Under the pieces are notes generated by a model that saw nothing but the letters and a program-made list of their open reading frames with translations, did not search any database and was not told where the DNA came from. A stretch of 64,000 bases of DNA. Origin: Candidatus Latescibacterota bacterium (lineage in GTDB: Bacteria; Latescibacterota; UBA2968; UBA8231). Within the stretch, counting starts at the first letter, position 1; each line of letters begins with the position of its first letter. A program made the position numbers and the translations under genes. Shown in pieces: positions 39,901 through 50,100 of this stretch. The stretch covers positions 3,264,001-3,328,000 of the forward strand of contig OZ252098.1 in the NCBI GenBank assembly GCA_965248355.1, in the 5' to 3' direction.

Positions 39901-40433
39901 ATCTCCAGGTAGTAGTCGTCCCCGAAGATTTCCATGTACTCCCGGACCGCGATCTCGGACCGGTCCACGCCCTCCTCCCGGATCAGGTGGGCCACCTCCC
40001 CCGACACGCAGGCGGACATGCAGACCAGCCCGGCGCTGTGCTGCCGCAACAGCTGCTTGTCCACGCGCGGATTGTAGTAGAAGCCCTCCGTGTACCCCTT
40101 GGAGACGAGCTGGATGAGGTTCTGCCAGCCCTTGGCGTCCTTGGCCAGCAGGATCAGGTGGTTGGAGCCGTGGGCCAGGCCGCGGGCGCCGCTGCGGTCG
40201 TGGCGGCTGCCGATGGCCACGTAGACCTCGCACCCGAGGATCGGCCGGATCCCGGCCTTGCGGCAGGCTTGGTAGTGGGAGACGGCGCCGAAGAGATTGC
40301 CGTGGTCGGTGACGGCCAGGGCGGGCATGCCGGCCTCGGCGGCGGCGGCCGCCATGCCGCTGATGGCACAGCCGCCGTCGAGCAGGCTGTACTCGCTGTG
40401 GCCGTGGAGGTGGACGAACTCGGCGCTGGCCAT
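36972..40433 (-). CDS. dnaE: DNA polymerase III alpha subunit
   Basis: PHP FVHLHGHSEYSLLDG, GPGRGSAAG, PPDIDIDF, LKMDILGL, YGFNKSH and OB-fold; no intein visible. Confidence 0.97.
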   Translation of the reverse strand: MASAEFVHLHGHSEYSLLDGGCAISGMAAAAAEAGMPALAVTDHGNLFGAVSHYQACRKAGIRPILGCEVYVAIGSRHDRSGARGLAHGSNHLILLAKDAKGWQNLIQLVSKGYTEGFYYNPRVDKQLLRQHSAGLVCMSACVSGEVAHLIREEGVDRSEIAVREYMEIFGDDYYLEIQRHGIDAEEKVNDGLLRLHRKLGVPLVATNDFHFLRAEDHAAHDALVCIQTGKILSDSPRMCYPSDLFMKSPGQMQELFADLPGAIESTLAIAESCRLDLDFGKSLMPGFPLPSGFASSGEYLRHLAQAGLERRYPEVAPKVQERLDYELEVITKEGFSSYFLIVWDFVHHARKSGITVGPGRGSAAGCLVSYCLEITDTDPIRHDLLFERFLNPERIEPPDIDIDFADSGRDQVVRYVVEKYGEENVSQVITFGTMGAKAVVRDVGRVLGLPFGEVDRIAKLIPGELKITLDDAIRRVPELKQMADAEDEQGQLIEYSRKLEGLARHASVHACAVIIAPSRLTDYVPLYRAPKDGTVTTQFDGDTCKDVGLLKMDILGLSELSLMDEAVGQIRRRQADFDLDGIPWDDGPTFELFSRGETVGVFQFESPGMREYLRQLKPDRIEDVIALNALYRPGPMQRIPAYIARHQGTEAVEYDHPILEPILEETYGIITYQEQVQRICRDLSGFTLGQADGIRKAMGRKLAEVMEKYRKEFAEGAVRNGVDRKTAEKIWSDIEVFSGYGFNKSHAASYSEVAYRNAYLKAHYPKEYMAASLTTDRNNTDRLTILLDECRRMEIPVRPPDVNESAVNFVPTDRGIRFGLAAVKNVGAAAAGSIVDGRGQHGPSQDLYEFCERLDLGTVNRRVVESLIAAGACDSLGGHRAQLLEALDRAMRNAQAIQEERRRGQFSLFGGDSALEVEHQPVLPDVSEWTETERLSHEKELLGFYVSSHPLSRYEKDLAYFATSLLEIDGREDGEAVRVGGLISRVSPSSDRRGNAMAFVTLEDLSGKGEVVFFSDTYAKCRDLVVQDGVILVEGRLSRRNGTMSVQADRAAPMEESRERLARSVSVDLPYEAVTEELLADLRRLCLEHEGPCELVVHLRGVPSEPEGRDAVIRSRSIRVKPTDDLLQALGTLAGLERARLTAPPPQAGLRA

Positions 40434-40581
40434 GAAGCCCCTGGGGCCGCCTTCGCGGCGGCCAACTGACGGATGAGGCTCCGCTCGGAGGGAGCCGCAG
40501 GCGGAGGCCGGAGTGGAGCCGCCGCCGGAGGGAACCGCGGCAGGCAACCTATCGGCGGGGCCGAAGGCCGTCAATCACGCG

Positions 40582-40610
40582 TTGCTCCAGTGGGAGGGGG
40601 CTTCTATTAT
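40582..40610 (+). promoter_or_regulatory. Sigma-70-type promoter
   Basis: TTGCTC-17 nt-TATTAT upstream of RBS GGAGGAGG and GTG 40641. Confidence 0.55.
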
Positions 40611-40640
40611 CGGCTCCCAAGCCGGAGGAGGACGACGACC

Positions 40641-41579
40641 GTGCGGATGCTGATCACCGGAGGCGCGGGATTCATCGGATCCCACCTGTGCGACCGATTC
40701 CTGGAGGAGGGCCACCAGGTGATCGTCATGGACAACCTCCTCACCGGGCGGGCGGCCAATCTTCTAGCCCACAGGAGCAATTCCCTCTTCGAGTTCATCC
40801 ACTACGACGTTACCGAGTACCTCCACGTCGAAGGCCCCCTCGACTTCATCCTTCACTTCGCCAGCCCCGCCAGTCCCGCCGACTTCGAACGCCTCGGCAT
40901 CCAGATCCTGAAGGTGGGCGCCCTGGGAACGCACAAGAGCCTGGGCCTGGCCCACGCCAAGGGTGCGAAGTTCCTGCTCGCCTCCACCTCCGAGGTCTAC
41001 GGCGATCCCCTCGTGCATCCCCAGGGCGAGGACTACCGGGGCAACGTCAATCCCGTGGGCATCCGCGGGGTCTACGACGAGGCCAAGCGCTTCGCCGAGT
41101 CGATGACCATGGCCTACAACAGGTCCCACGGGGTCGACACGCGCATCGCCCGCATCTTCAACACCTACGGCCCGCACATGCGGCGCGACGACGGGCGCGC
41201 CATTCCCAACTTCATCACCCAGGCCCTGGCCGGCGACGACGTCACCCTCTACGGGGACGGCCGCCAGACGCGCAGCATCGGCTACGTGACCGACCTCGTA
41301 GACGGCATTCGCCGGCTCATGGACTCCGACGTGACGACCCCCGTCAACCTCGGCAACCCCACGGAGCTCACCATGGAGAGCCTGGCGAGGAAGATCATCG
41401 ACCTTACCGGCAGCCGCAGCCGCCTGGTCCATCAGCCCCTTCCCGAGGACGACCCGAAGGTTCGCCTGCCCGACATCGACAAGGCCCGCAGACTGCTCGG
41501 ATGGGAGCCCCTCATCGGTCCGGACGAGGGTCTCGGGCGCACGGTGGAATGGTTTCGCCGGACTTCGAATGACCGCTGA
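40641..41579 (+). CDS. UDP-glucuronate decarboxylase family SDR
   Basis: [44 protein letters not shown] and DDPKVR. Confidence 0.92.
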   Translation: MRMLITGGAGFIGSHLCDRFLEEGHQVIVMDNLLTGRAANLLAHRSNSLFEFIHYDVTEYLHVEGPLDFILHFASPASPADFERLGIQILKVGALGTHKSLGLAHAKGAKFLLASTSEVYGDPLVHPQGEDYRGNVNPVGIRGVYDEAKRFAESMTMAYNRSHGVDTRIARIFNTYGPHMRRDDGRAIPNFITQALAGDDVTLYGDGRQTRSIGYVTDLVDGIRRLMDSDVTTPVNLGNPTELTMESLARKIIDLTGSRSRLVHQPLPEDDPKVRLPDIDKARRLLGWEPLIGPDEGLGRTVEWFRRTSNDR

Positions 41580-42045
41580 TCCGGCCGCTCCGGGCCCCGA
41601 CGGCCACCTGCGGGTCCGCGTGATCGTCGGTTCCGGCCACGGTCCGCCCCGGTACGCGACCCCGCACAGCGCCGGCATGGACCTGCGCGCCCATCTGCCC
41701 CCCGGGGGGATCGTCCTCGCGCCCGGCCAGCGCGTCCTCGTGCCGACGGGTCTGCGGCTGCAGATCCCGCCCGGGTACGAGGGCCAGGTGCGGCCCCGCA
41801 GCGGCCTGGCCCTGAAGCGGGGGCTGACCGTCCTCAACGCGCCGGGCACGATCGACGCGGACTACCGCGGCGACGTGGGGGTGATCCTCGTCAACCTGTC
41901 CGGGGAGCCGCAGCGGATCGAGCCGGGAGAGCGGGTCGCCCAGTTGGTGATCGCGCCGGTGACGCGCGTCCGCTGGGAAGAGGTGGACGAGCTGGACGAG
42001 TCGGAGCGGGGCGGCGGCGGGTTCGGGTCGACGGGGCAGGGCTGA
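41569..42045 (+). CDS. dut: dUTP diphosphatase
   Basis: [26 protein letters not shown] and [10 protein letters not shown]. Confidence 0.96.
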   Translation: MTADPAAPGPDGHLRVRVIVGSGHGPPRYATPHSAGMDLRAHLPPGGIVLAPGQRVLVPTGLRLQIPPGYEGQVRPRSGLALKRGLTVLNAPGTIDADYRGDVGVILVNLSGEPQRIEPGERVAQLVIAPVTRVRWEEVDELDESERGGGGFGSTGQG

Positions 42046-42077
42046 GAGGCGGACGGGACTCCGGACCTGACGGACCG

Positions 42078-42905
42078 CTAGCCGTAGAACTTCCGCACCA
42101 GCTCCGCCTCCTTGGCGCCCACGGTGGCGGGATCCAGCGCCCCGGGCCCGAAGACGACGGGAAAGGCCATCCCCGTGTCGAGGGTGCGGGTGTCGGCTTC
42201 CATGTAGGTGACGCTGAAAGCCCTCCGCGGCCGGTCCGTGGGATTCGTCCCCGACCGGTGCAGCAGCAGGTTGTGCAGGAGGATCGCCTCCCCCGCCTCG
42301 GCTTCGAGGAGCTCCACCGACCCGGGCGCGGCGTAGCGGGCCTCCTCGTCGGGCGACAGGAAGTGCCGCTCGTTGATGACCCCCCGGCCATGGCTTCCGG
42401 GGACGATCTCCATGGCGCCGTTGGCCGCAGTGGCCTCGTCGAGCGCCGTCCACACGGTGATGATGGGATTCCGGTCGATCCCCCAGCCCGCCCCCACGTC
42501 CTGGTGCCAGGGCAGGGTCTGTTCCCACCGCGCCGGCTTGTTCATGAACATGGACCGGAAGACGGAGACCGCCTCGCCGATGTAGCGCCGGCAGATCCGG
42601 TGAAACAGGGGCCGCTGAATGTAGGCCAGGAACAGCGGATCCTGCTCGAGGTCGTCGATGCGCCGGTACGACAGGGCCGCCACCTCGTTCCCCATGGTCC
42701 GGCGCAGCCGTCCCGTCTCCGATTCGTGCAGCTGCATCCGCATGTTCGGATAGCGCACCCGCCCGAGCATGAGGTCGTCGATCCGCCGCTGCAGACCGGC
42801 CAGATCTGCCGGCGGCGCCACCTTCCCCAGCCGCAGGTATCCCTCGGCCACGAAGCGTTCGTGGGGAAGGTGCGGGAGCGGGCGCCGGACGGCGCGGCGG
42901 GTCAT
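42078..42905 (-). CDS. PhyH-family Fe(II)/2-oxoglutarate dioxygenase
   Basis: MNKP, WHQD, VWTALD, PGSH, LLHRSG and RRA. Confidence 0.9.
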   Translation of the reverse strand: MTRRAVRRPLPHLPHERFVAEGYLRLGKVAPPADLAGLQRRIDDLMLGRVRYPNMRMQLHESETGRLRRTMGNEVAALSYRRIDDLEQDPLFLAYIQRPLFHRICRRYIGEAVSVFRSMFMNKPARWEQTLPWHQDVGAGWGIDRNPIITVWTALDEATAANGAMEIVPGSHGRGVINERHFLSPDEEARYAAPGSVELLEAEAGEAILLHNLLLHRSGTNPTDRPRRAFSVTYMEADTRTLDTGMAFPVVFGPGALDPATVGAKEAELVRKFYG

Positions 42906-43189
42906 CGGGGCCGGTCGGATCCCCCGCTGATGGCCGGCAGGAAGTGGACCTCGCTCGAGGCGCCCACCCGTCTCCGCATGCCCTCGGCCGACACCTCTCC
43001 ATCCACCGAGACGGCGAGGCCGGGGCGGATCCGGTCCTTCTCCGCGTCGACGATGCGCTGCCGGAAGCCCGGGTACTGCGCCTCGAGGGCTTCGATCACC
43101 TGGCGGACCGTCTCGCCCGCCACCTCCACCTGCTGCCGGCCGTCGGTGAGCTTGTCGCGCCAAGGCGCCGGCACCCATACGGTCGGCAC
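42902..43189 (-). CDS. MoaD/ThiS family ubiquitin-like protein
   Basis: Beta-grasp pattern, VHFLPAISGG followed by the extension SDRPR. Confidence 0.85.
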   Translation of the reverse strand: MPTVWVPAPWRDKLTDGRQQVEVAGETVRQVIEALEAQYPGFRQRIVDAEKDRIRPGLAVSVDGEVSAEGMRRRVGASSEVHFLPAISGGSDRPR

Positions 43190-43199
43190 GGATTGCCCC

Positions 43200-45515
43200 T
43201 CAGCCGCCCGCCGCCATCGAGGCGGCGGCGGACTGGGCCAGAGCCGCCGTGATCCGGTCCGGGCGCATGGGCAGCTCGTTCAGGCCCACGCCGGTGGCGC
43301 TCTTGATCGCCGCGGCCAGGGCCGCCGGCGGCGGGGCGATGGAGGCCTCGCCGACGCCGCGTACCCCGTAGGGATGCCCGGGGTTGGGCACTTCGACGAT
43401 GATCGTCTCGATCATCGGCAGGTCGAGGGTTGTGGGAATGCGGTAGTCCAGGAAGGTGGAGTTGGCCATCCGGCCGTCCTCCGAGTAGAAGTACTCCTCG
43501 TTGAGGCCCCAGCCGATCCCCTGCACGCTTCCGCCCTGCATCTGCCCTTCCACGTAGCTGGGATGGATGGCCTTGCCGGCGTCCTGGATCACCGTGAACC
43601 GCAGCACCGTCGCCTTGCCGGTCTCCGGGTCGATCTCGATGTCGGCGATGTTGGCCGCGAAGGATCCGCCCACGCCGGACTCCGGGTCCACCGACCCCTG
43701 GCCGACGACGGGGCCACCCGTGTCGTCGATCTTTCCGGCCAGCTCCCGGAAGCGCATGGACCGGCTGCCGTCGGTGGTGCGGAAGGTCCCGTCGGTGAAC
43801 TCCACCTGCCCGGGATCGACCTCCCAGGCCTTGGCGGCGCGCTCGATCATCTGCTCCTTCACGTCCTGGGCGGCCTCGTAGGCGGCCCAGCCGGTGGCGT
43901 AGGTGACGCGGCTGCCGCCGGTGACGTCGGTATAGCCGATGGCGCTGGTGTCGCCCACGCTCGGGTTCACGTCCTCCGCCGCGAGGCCGAGGACCTCGGC
44001 GAACTGCATGGCCACCGAGGTGCGCGTGCCCCCGATGTCCGTGGAGCCCTCGACGAGCTGCACCGTGCCGTCGTTGTTGACGCTGGCCGTGACCGCCGAC
44101 TTCAGGCCCACGTTGAACCAGTACCCGAGAGCCATGCCGCGGCCCCGGTTCGGTCCTTCGAGGGCGGAGCGGTAGTGCTCGGAGTCGCGCAGGACCTCCA
44201 GGCATTCCCTGGCGCCGATGCGGGGGTAGACGAGGCCGTCGGAGCGGCGCGTGCCCTCGACGGCGACGTTGTCCAGGCGGAAGTCGACGGGGTCCTTGCC
44301 CAGCTTCTGGGCGAGCTCGTCCATGGCTTTCTCCACGGCGAAGGCCACGTGGGTGGAGCCAGGGGCGCGGTAGGCGAAGGAGCGCGGCTTGTTGACGACC
44401 ACGTCGAAGCTGTCCACCACGGCGTTGGGGAAGTCGTAGCAGGAGAACACGCACATGGCCGCGGCAAAGACCGGGGAACCCGGATAGGCGCCGGCCTCGA
44501 AGGCGATCCACGCCTCTCCGGCGGTGAGCTTTCCCGAGGCGTCGGCGCCGATCTTCACACGCACGCAGGAACCCGGCGTCGGGCCCGTGCCCTCGAAGCA
44601 GTCGGCACGGGTCATGATGATCTTCACCGGCTGACCGCTCTGCCGCGACAGCAGGGCGGCGACGGGCTCGAGGTAGCAGGGGATCTTGCCGCCGAATCCG
44701 CCGCCGATCTCCTGGGGAACGACGCGGACCTTGCCCACGGGCAGGTCGAGGATCGCGGCGATCTGCTTCTGGGCGGTGAAGGCGCCCTGCGTGCTGGTCC
44801 ACACCGTCAGTTGTCCGTCGGGGCTCCACGTGGCGGTGCCGTTGTGAGGCTCGATGTAGCCCTGGTGCACGGTCGATGTGTGCACCTCGGCCTCGGCGGT
44901 GACGGCGGCGGCGGCGAACCCCTGACCCACGTCCCCGAGCTCGTGGCGCAGGTGGGAAGCGACGTTGCTGCGCCGGCCCGTGTCCTCGCCGAACTCCTGG
45001 GTCGTCATGTGCTCGTGCAGCTTTGGCGCGTCCTCGCCCATGGCGTCGAGCACGCCCACCGCCGCCGGCAGCACCTCGTAGTCGACCTCGATCAGGGCCA
45101 GGGCCTCTTCGGCGGCGTGCAGGGTGGTGGCCGCCACTCCGGCCACCGCGTGCCCCCTGTAGAGCGCCTTGTCCGTGGCCAGCACGTTGTCGCGCATGTG
45201 CTTGATGCGCGCCGGACCCTCCCCGAGGTCGATCATCTCATCGGCCGAGGCCGGCGCCGGCAGGTCGGCGCCGGTGACGACGGCGCGCACGCCGGCCACC
45301 TGGGCGGCCTTGCTCGTGTCGATGGAGCGGATGCGCGCGTGGGCGTGGGGCGAGCGCAGCACCTGGCCGTGGAGCAGCCCCGGCAGGCGCACGTCCCCGC
45401 CGTAGACGGCCCGGCCCGTGACCTTGTCGGTGCCGTCGTGGCGGATCGGCCGAGTGCCGATCACGTTGTACTGCCGGTCGCCGAAGTCGCGGATCTTGCC
45501 GTTGCCGTCAGCCAT
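43200..45515 (-). CDS. Xanthine dehydrogenase family molybdopterin-binding subunit
   Basis: KVTGRAVY, RSPHAHA, IGGGFGGK, AYRAPG, EGQMQGG and RGVGE. Confidence 0.93.
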   Translation of the reverse strand: MADGNGKIRDFGDRQYNVIGTRPIRHDGTDKVTGRAVYGGDVRLPGLLHGQVLRSPHAHARIRSIDTSKAAQVAGVRAVVTGADLPAPASADEMIDLGEGPARIKHMRDNVLATDKALYRGHAVAGVAATTLHAAEEALALIEVDYEVLPAAVGVLDAMGEDAPKLHEHMTTQEFGEDTGRRSNVASHLRHELGDVGQGFAAAAVTAEAEVHTSTVHQGYIEPHNGTATWSPDGQLTVWTSTQGAFTAQKQIAAILDLPVGKVRVVPQEIGGGFGGKIPCYLEPVAALLSRQSGQPVKIIMTRADCFEGTGPTPGSCVRVKIGADASGKLTAGEAWIAFEAGAYPGSPVFAAAMCVFSCYDFPNAVVDSFDVVVNKPRSFAYRAPGSTHVAFAVEKAMDELAQKLGKDPVDFRLDNVAVEGTRRSDGLVYPRIGARECLEVLRDSEHYRSALEGPNRGRGMALGYWFNVGLKSAVTASVNNDGTVQLVEGSTDIGGTRTSVAMQFAEVLGLAAEDVNPSVGDTSAIGYTDVTGGSRVTYATGWAAYEAAQDVKEQMIERAAKAWEVDPGQVEFTDGTFRTTDGSRSMRFRELAGKIDDTGGPVVGQGSVDPESGVGGSFAANIADIEIDPETGKATVLRFTVIQDAGKAIHPSYVEGQMQGGSVQGIGWGLNEEYFYSEDGRMANSTFLDYRIPTTLDLPMIETIIVEVPNPGHPYGVRGVGEASIAPPPAALAAAIKSATGVGLNELPMRPDRITAALAQSAAASMAAGG

Positions 45516-45602
45516 GGATCATCCCCCCGGTTGCCAGGTAGGCAGCAAGCGGCGCCGGATCCCCCGCGGGATCCAGCGCCGGTGATTCGTTGCGCGGAGC
45601 GG

Positions 45603-46073
45603 TCAACTGTTCTCACCCGCCGCGTCGAGAACGGCGCGGACGATCTTGTCGTAACCGGTGCAGCGGCACAGGTTGCCCGCCAGCCAGTGCCGCACATCGT
45701 GCTCGCTCGGGTTCGGCCTGGCGTCGAGCAGGGCCTTGCTCGCCACCAGGAATCCCGGCGTGCAGATGCCGCACTGGAGGCTGGCGTGCTCCAGGAACTT
45801 CTGCTGCAGCGGATGCAGTCCGTCGGCGCTGGCCAGGCCCTCGACGGTGAGGACCTCGGAGCCCTCCACCTCGACCGCCAGGACCAGGCAGGAGTCGACG
45901 AGCACGCCGTCGACGATGACGCTGCAGGCGCCGCAGTTGCCGTCGTTGCACCCTTCCTTGGTGCCGGTGAAGCCGAGGTCCTCGCGCAGAACCTCCAGCA
46001 GGCTCTGGCGGGCCTCGCAGAGGAACTCCTCGGATTCGCCGTTGATCGTGCAGGAGACGTGGATCTTGCTCAT
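45603..46073 (-). CDS. Xanthine dehydrogenase family 2x[2Fe-2S] subunit
   Basis: GCNDGNCGAC, QCGICTPG and NLCRCTGY. Confidence 0.95.
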   Translation of the reverse strand: MSKIHVSCTINGESEEFLCEARQSLLEVLREDLGFTGTKEGCNDGNCGACSVIVDGVLVDSCLVLAVEVEGSEVLTVEGLASADGLHPLQQKFLEHASLQCGICTPGFLVASKALLDARPNPSEHDVRHWLAGNLCRCTGYDKIVRAVLDAAGENS

Positions 46074-46103
46074 GTCGTGTGCGGTCCTCTCGGTCGGGTC
46101 GGG

Positions 46104-47027
46104 TTACAGCGCGTAGAGGGGATGGCCGTTTTCCTGCACGGCGTTCGGGACGAACTGACCACGGGCGCGCTTGACCGCGCCGATCAGGGCGCGCCGGGTC
46201 AGGACGCCCACCAGGTGGGTGCGGTACTCCGCCGGACCCCGCATGTCGGAGATCGGACGGGCCACGGCCCGGGCCTCCTCGGCGGCGGCGGCGATCGACT
46301 CCTCGTTCACGGGCTGTCCTTCGAGTCTGGCGCTTGCGGCGGCGGCGTTGAGCGGGGTCGGAGCCACCGCGCCCAGGCCGATGCGCACCTTCCTGAAGGT
46401 CTGCCCCCGTCCCCGGCCGCCCAGCTCGACATAGGCACCGGCGCCGACGACGGCGATGTCCATCTCGTTGCGGGGGATGAAGCGGAGGTAGTGGGCGCCG
46501 GAGCTCTTCCGGTTGTGGGGAATCTGGATCGCCACCAGCAACTCCCCGGGCTGCAGAACGCTCTGGCCCGGCGCCGTGCAGAAGTCCTTCACGAACACCT
46601 TTCGGCGGCCGTCGGGCCCGGCGATCTCCGCCCGGGCGCCGTAGGCGATCAGCACGGGGATCGTGTCGGCGCTCGGCGAGGCGTTGCACAGGTTGCCCCC
46701 GAAGCTGGCCCGCCCCTGGATCTGGATGCCGCCGATGATGGCCGCCGCATCGACGATCCCCGGGTAGCGCTCGGCGATCTCCGGGTCCTCGTAGATGCGG
46801 TGGCAGGGCACGGCGGCGCCGATCCTGAGGCCTGACCGGGGGCTGATGCGCAGCTCGTTGAGCTCGGGCAAGTTCTTGACATCGACCACGCGCTCGGGCT
46901 GGAGGCGGCGGATCCGCATCTGCACGATGAGGTCGGTTCCTCCCGCGAGGGCCCGGGCGTTGTCGTGGGAGAGAAGTTTGACCGCTTCCCGGAGAGTCGC
47001 GGGGACGGTGTATTCAAAGTCCTTCAA
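46104..47027 (-). CDS. Xanthine dehydrogenase family FAD-binding subunit
   Basis: LAGGTDL, GGNLCNASPSAD and PISDMRGPAEYR; TTG start after GAGGGAG. Confidence 0.92.
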   Translation of the reverse strand: MKDFEYTVPATLREAVKLLSHDNARALAGGTDLIVQMRIRRLQPERVVDVKNLPELNELRISPRSGLRIGAAVPCHRIYEDPEIAERYPGIVDAAAIIGGIQIQGRASFGGNLCNASPSADTIPVLIAYGARAEIAGPDGRRKVFVKDFCTAPGQSVLQPGELLVAIQIPHNRKSSGAHYLRFIPRNEMDIAVVGAGAYVELGGRGRGQTFRKVRIGLGAVAPTPLNAAAASARLEGQPVNEESIAAAAEEARAVARPISDMRGPAEYRTHLVGVLTRRALIGAVKRARGQFVPNAVQENGHPLYAL

Positions 47028-47086
47028 CGGTTGGCTCCCTCGTGTCCTGGGCGGTTCGCCCCAATTAATGTTTGGGCAGAGGCGCA

Positions 47087-47114
47087 AAGATACCCGGCCG
47101 GTGGGAGCTGTCAA
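47087..47114 (-). promoter_or_regulatory. Sigma-70-type promoter for the molybdoenzyme operon
   Basis: Minus strand TTGACA-16 nt-TATCTT. Confidence 0.55.
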
Positions 47115-47150
47115 CAAGCCCCGGGGGCCGCCGGGCGGATGGTTCGGAGC

Positions 47151-50100
47151 TCAGCTCGCGGCCGGGCCCGGGGCCGGTTCGAGGGCCTGGCGGGGGGATT
47201 CCCGCAAGCCGGCCCAGCGCTCGAGAAGCATCTCCAGAAGCTTCATGCCCGCGGGCACCCCGACGAGGATGATGCCCGTGGCGAAGAGGATGCCGAAGGC
47301 CAGGCTGACCGCCATGGGGATCAGGAACTGGGCCTGCAGGCTCTTCTCGAGAATCATGGGCAGCAGGGCGAAGAAGGTCGTGGCCGAGGTCAGGAAGATC
47401 GGCCGGAAGCGCAGGCGTCCGGCCTCGACGAGGGCCTCGTCCCGCGGCCGACCGGCCTCGCGCAGCTGGTTGTAGAAGGAGAGCAGGATCAGGGAGTCGT
47501 TGACGACCACTCCGGAGAGGGCCACGATGCCGAAGAGGCTCAGCATGGCCAGGTCGAGCCCCATCAGCACGTGGCCCCACACCGCCCCGACTATGCCGAA
47601 GGGGATGGCCCCCATGACGACCAGGGGCTGGCTGTACGACCGGAAGGGAATGGCCAGCAGGGCGTAGATGGCGACCAGGGCCACCAGGAAGCCCCGCCCG
47701 AGACTGGCGAAGGACTCGGCCTGTTCCCGCTGCTCTCCTTCATAGCTGTAGCGCAACCCCGGGTACTCCCGCATCAGCAGGGGCAGGAAACGCTCGCGCA
47801 GGTCGCGGTTGATCTCGTCCGCATTGGCCATCTCGGCGTCGACGTCGGCGGTGACGGTCACGACCCGCCGGCCGCCGCTGCGCTGGATGGCGGCGTACCC
47901 GTAGTCGAGGCGCACGTCGGCCACGTAGGGCAAGGGGACCTCGGCCCCCGACGGCGTTCTCACGCGCATGCCCTCGATATCGCCCAGGGTGCGCCGCTCG
48001 GCCTCCGGATACCGGACCACCACGCGGGCGTCGTCGCGCCCTCGCTGCAGGCGCAGCGCCTCGGCGCCGTGGTACCCGTGGCGCACCTGGGTCGCCAGGT
48101 CGGCCATGGTCAGGCCGAGGACCCGGCCCCTGGGCTTGAGATCCAGGCGCATCTCGAGCTTGCCCTCGTGGAAACTGTCGTGGATCTCGCCGGTGCCCGG
48201 GTATCCGGCGATCTCCTCCTTCAGGCGCTCCACCGCCGCCAGGAGCAGGTCGAAGTCGGCGGCGGACATCTGGATTTCGATGGCGTTGCCCACCGAGAAC
48301 AGGCTCGCCTGGTAGGCCACCGACTCGGGCCCCGGCAAGGGTCCCATGGCGGCCCTGACCCGGGCGGCGATCTCGGCGCTGGAGTGCCGGCGCTCCTCCG
48401 AGGGCAGCAGCTCGATGGTGATCTCGGCCAGGTGGGCCTGGCCTCCCACACCGCTGGCGGCGCCGAAGGAGGAGCGCCGCATCATGGGTTGATCCCCGAC
48501 GATGCTGAAGACGTTGCGCAGGATCGACGGGCCTTCCCTGTCCTCCTGGTCGATTTCGTCACGGACGCGCACGGCCCCTTCCTCGATCCGCCGTACCACC
48601 TCCCGCGTCTGCCCGGCGGTCGCTCCCTGGGGCATCTCGACGGCGATCGTGACCCAGTCCGAATCGATCTCCGGCATGAAGACGAACTTGATGTGGCCGC
48701 CCATGATGAACCCCGTGGTGCCCAGCATGAGGGCCAGGCCCACGGCGATGGCGACGAGGGGATCGCGCACCGCCCGCCGCACCAATGGGGTGTAGCAGCG
48801 TCCGATCACCCACCCCAGCCCAGCGTTGACGCGCTCCGACGTGCGCCGCTGGAGCCGCAGGGGCCAGGCGAGGGCCCAGCCGAGGAGACGGCCCGGCAGC
48901 CCCGGGCGGGAGGAGAGGTGGGCGGGAAGGATGTAGAGAGCCTCCACCAGGGAGAGGAGGAGCACGGAGATGACGATGGCCGGGATGACCATCATGAACT
49001 TCCCCATGTTCCCCTCCACGAAGGCCAGGGGCAGGAAGGCGGCCACCGAGGTCAGGATGGTGAACACCACCGGCTTGCCTACCTCCAGGGTGCCGTCCAC
49101 GGCGGCCTGCAGCAGGCCCTTCCCGCGTTCCCGGTGGGAGAAGATGTTCTCGCCCACGACGACGGCGTCGTCCACGACGATGCCGAGGGCGACGATGAAG
49201 GCGAAGAGGGAGAGCATGTTGATCGAGACGTCGAGAGGCTCGATCAGCAGGAAGCTCCCGAGGAAGGAGATGGGAATGCCCATCATCACCCAGAAGGCCA
49301 GGCGAAGATCGAGAAACAGGCTCAGACAGACGAAGACCAGCACCAGGCCCAACTGGGCGTTGCGCAGCAGCAGATCCAGCCGGCTGCGCAGCAGCCGCGC
49401 GTCGTCGCGGACGTAGCTGATGTCGATGCCGGCCGGCAGACCGCCCTGCCGGCCTTCGACATAGGCCTTGACGTAGCTGGAGATCTCCAGGGAGCTCTCG
49501 TCGCCGGTGCGATAGACGCCGACCACGGCCGCGGGCCGGCCCTGGAAGCGGCAGATCAGGTCGCTGTCCTCGAAGCCGTCCACCACGCGCCCGATCTGTC
49601 CCACGGTCAGCGCCGTCCCGTCGGGCCGCGTCCGGACGACCACGTCGCCGTAGTCGCGGCCGTCGTACAACAGGCCCTTCGTGCGCACCAGCACCTCGCC
49701 CTGCTCCCCCTTCACGCTGCCGCCGGGCAAGTCGAGGCTCGTGCGGCGTACGGCGTCGGCGATGCCGCCCAGAGTGAGCCCGTGGCGTTGCAGGGCCGCC
49801 TCGGAGACCTCGATGGCGATTTCGTCTGTGCGCACCCCCAGCAACTCGACCTGCGACACCCGGCCGGAGGCGCGCAGGTCGTCGCGCACGCCCTCGGCGG
49901 CGACCTTCAGGGCCCGCTCCGCAACGTCGCCGTAGAGGACGACGTCGATGACCCGGTTGCGCCGCACCAAGTCCTTGATGACCGGTTTCTCGGTCTCCAC
50001 CGGAAAGGTGTCGATGCGATCGATCGTGCTGCGGACCTCGTCGATGACCCTCTCCATGTCCGCGCCCAGCTCGAGCTCCACGGTGACGACGGCCATGCCC

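Noticed and set aside
43200..47027. Aerobic CO dehydrogenase (coxMSL order)
   Set aside because: The loop is AYRAPG, not the AYxCSFR of form I CoxL.
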